Below, one piece after another: positions 60,950 to 64,000 of a stretch of 64,000 nt of DNA. Source of the DNA: the human T2T-CHM13v2.0 reference genome, Homo sapiens; NCBI RefSeq assembly GCF_009914755.1, contig NC_060948.1; one strand, written 5' to 3'. Under the pieces are notes generated by a model. It ran no database searches and was not told where the DNA came from. It worked only from the letters and a program-made list of their open reading frames with translations. The stretch's first letter is position 1; each line of letters begins with the position of its first letter. The position numbers and the translations under genes were made by a program.

Positions 60950-61301
60950 AGAAAATGTCTTTTGCAGCAACTTGGGTGTAACTGGAGGCCATTATTCCAA
61001 ATGAAGTAACTTAAGAATGGAGATGCAGAAACCATGTGTTCTCAGTTATAAGTGAGAGCTAAGCTATAAGGACACAAAGACATTCAGAGTTATACAATGG
61101 ACATCAGAGAATCAAAAGGGGGAGAAGGTGGGTGAGGCATGAGGGCTAAAAGCTGCATATTGGGTACGATATACACTACTCAGGTGATGGGTGCACTAAA
61201 ATTTCAGACTTCACCACTATACAATTCATCCATGTAACAAAAAACCACGTGCACCCCTAAAGCTATCGAAATAAAAAATAAAAACAAAAACAAAAAATAA
61301 A
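60950..61301 (+). mobile_element. L1PB4-like 3' end with A-rich tail
   Basis: TTCACCACTATACAATTCATCCATGTAAC...CCCCTAAAGCTATCGAAATAAAAAATAAAAAC. Confidence 0.8.
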
Positions 61302-62140
61302 ATTTGAATGCATTTTATCAAAAGGATGCGAGCCTTCTTTCCATTTTTAACCAATAGCATTGTTGCCATGTGTGGTATCATCTGTTGTCAGTTTTATTTT
61401 ATGCTGATTATTTCTACCAGCCGTAACAATTGGGAAATAGGCAAAAAGTTGGTTGTATTTATTTCCTAGATAATCAATAACAAACTTCAGAGCAATCTAA
61501 TGAGACAGAGTTATAGGTGCACAGAAGAAGAAGAAAAGCTACAGTTGTGTGGAGCATGGATGGCTAAACTCCTGGTTAACTCGATGGGGTCAAAAGGACA
61601 AATGTGGGGCAGAGTTCAGATCTTTTGACAGGGTCAACGGATCTGGCATCAGTCCCTGGCTGCTCTCTTCTAAGTTTTCAGTCGTGCTCTTCTCCATTCC
61701 TCACCAGACCCCTGGCCTCTTTGGAGCTGCCTGGACAGGAGCTCTCCTGGCCTCTGGCAAACTCCTGGCTGGGTTGCGGATGGAAATTCCTGGTACCCTT
61801 AGTTGAGTTCATACAAGCTGAACGTTTTCAAAAGGAACTAATTTTACTTGAGCCAACTAAACAAAACTGAAATACACACAGAAAATACAAAAGCACAGAA
61901 ATAGATGAGGGTTCCATGCCATGGGCATTTTAATCATGTGTATCAAGAACCTTTATAGAGTTCATGTCTGGCCCAGCCAATCCACTTCTAGGAAGTTATC
62001 TCAAGGTGATGTACTGGATATGAGTTGAAAGATGTGTATACGACGTATTTATCAACAAAAATTGGAACAAGGTAAATATGTTCTGATAGAGGAATAATTC
62101 AAATAGAGTATTTTCATACCATTTAATACTCAGCTACGAA

Positions 62141-62377
62141 GCAGGGCTGGTAAACTTTTCTGGAAAAGAATAGATAGTAAGTATTGTAGATTTGTGGGCC
62201 ATATGGTGTCTGTCAGAAATAATCGATTCTGCTATTGTAGCACAGCAATGGGCATAGATAGTACATAAAGGAATCAGCACATTCATGTTCCAATAAAACT
62301 TTGTTAATTTACCAAAAAAAAAAAAAACACAAAACCCAGGTGGAATTGGCTTATGAGCCTTAATTTGCAGACCCCTG
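62141..62377. mobile_element. MER58A-like DNA transposon
   Basis: CAGGGCTGGTAAACTTTTCT...GTTCCAATAAAACTTT...TTTGCAGACCCCTG with terminal inverted repeats. Confidence 0.75.
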
Positions 62378-62506
62378 GTTTACAGAGATGATATGGATTT
62401 GTATTTACTGACAAAGAGAGCTGATTATAATATACTATTGGGCAAAAACAAAAGCAGATACTAGTATAGCATTTATGGTATGATGTCACTTATGCAAAAT
62501 GAAGAT

Positions 62507-62508
<2 letters not shown>

Positions 62509-62552
<44 letters not shown>
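62509..62552. repeat. (AT)n microsatellite (~22 units)
   Basis: Direct reading. Confidence 0.95.
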
Positions 62553-62555
<3 letters not shown>

Positions 62556-64000
62556 TAGAGAAGTGTCTAGAAGGATGTTCAGCAAATACTAACGAAGATA
62601 TTATCACTAGGTTGAAGAATTTGAGATGATTTTTTTCCTTTATTTGTTTTCACATTTTTTCATTACTAGAAAAAATATTTTTATTTAATAATTCATACTC
62701 TTTGACAGAGTACTTCCACGGTTGTTGTTGGGGTTGCCGCACAGCTGTGAAGCCTGTGCAGTTGCACACTTCCAGGAGATGCCATCACATGGACTACAAT
62801 GTGAAGGATTCCCCCAGAGTTGTGTGGCGAGGCAGTCTTCCCACCTCCCATTCTCTGTTCAGCTCTGTCCAATTAATTCAGCAAGCATTTGTTTGTCATC
62901 TACTACACTAGACATTGTTCTAGACAGAAATATCGGGAAACAAAGCATACAAAAATGTTTGCCCTTGTAGTGCTTTATGTTCTAGTGAAGGAGAAAGATG
63001 ATAAGGAGAATAAAGAGTGACACATATGCAAGCTTCCTGGAGGTCAAGTAGCCCAGTTTTTGGCAGAGGGAATAGCCAGTGGGAAGAAGGCAGGCAGGGC
63101 AAATATTTACAACCCTCGTTTTACAGAAGAGAACATTGGAACTTAGGGAGGTTTAAGGGATGGCTGAGGGTCAGAACGTGGTCAGCACCAGAAGCAAGGC
63201 CTTTCAATTGCAAGGTCAGGGTTCCTTCCACACTGGGACAAGAGGCAGCACCTGCAAGATAAGGTAGAGGTGAATGAACCTAGGTGGCTTTAGTTAGATT
63301 CTGCAGACTTTTATGACAGGCCAATGCATATAAATGATAATAGCTGACATCACATTAAGAAAAAGATGCAGCATCTCATGAGATCTACTACATGCTCCTG
63401 ATTAGGAAAAGGAATGTTGAAAAATAGCACTGAGTTTATAAAAATAGCGTTTAGGGTGTAATTCTCATTTTTTTAGTACATGAATGCTTAAGAAAGATGT
63501 TCATCAAATGTTAGCAATGCTTATTACTTGATGGTAGGATTTCAAAGAGTTTTAAATTTTCTTCTTTATTCTTTTCTGAATTGTTTGAGTTTTTTGCAAT
63601 GAGAGTGTGAAAACAGAAGAAATAAAAAAGTTTGATGTTAGAAAGATACCATTAAGCTAACATTTACACACTCTGTGCTGTTCCACAGCACCTGTAGTAC
63701 CACTATTTCTTTGTAAATTCTTCCAGGGCAGAGACTGTGTTTTATTCATTCTTCTTTGCCCAGCATGTGGAACCTCCTACAAAACAAGCATTCAACAGGG
63801 TTTGTGGAACAAATGCAAAGTGCATTTGCGAACTGCAGCTTATATAATCTACAACAGACACCTAGGGGGGCTCAGGAATGACACGAACAGTTTCCAGCCG
63901 AAGGGAATTTCATTTTCTTTTCTAGTTGGAGTTTCCATGGCACCCAGAAGACCAGGGATCCTGGTAAGAAAGTTTTAAAACGCTGAAGTGGTAAGTTTGT

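Overview
This is human (hominid) Y-chromosome AZFc sequence carrying the 3' two-thirds of a DAZ (Deleted in AZoospermia) gene on the + strand. The RRM exons lie upstream of the window. Bases 1-~35,770 form the ~2.4-kb DAZ tandem array. Each unit holds a 72-bp phase-0 exon-7 copy encoding the 24-aa DAZ repeat, plus a copy of DAZL exon 8. The order is A, B, C, D, then a full-length antisense L1PA2/3-type LINE-1 that replaces ~1 kb of a unit, then Y x6, Z, the functional 35-nt exon 8 and one further exon-7 copy. After the array come a DAZL exon-9 remnant with a GC donor, exon 10 (stop codon), exon 11 with its 3' UTR and poly(A) signals at ~43.45 kb. The last ~20 kb is repeat-rich flank (Alu, old L1, MIR, MER5/MER58, microsatellites). 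The multiple Y repeats suggest DAZ2 or DAZ4, but the paralog cannot be fixed from this window alone. The locus is known and I found no unrelated novel system. The most interesting signals are latent splicing and coding features: the ancestral DAZL C-terminal frame is still open across four exons, stop-carrying exon-8 copies recur through the array, the L1 antisense promoter points into the Y exons, and the first and last repeat units share derived changes. Reference DAZ, DAZL and L1 sequences and repeat letters are recalled from memory and should be confirmed by alignment.
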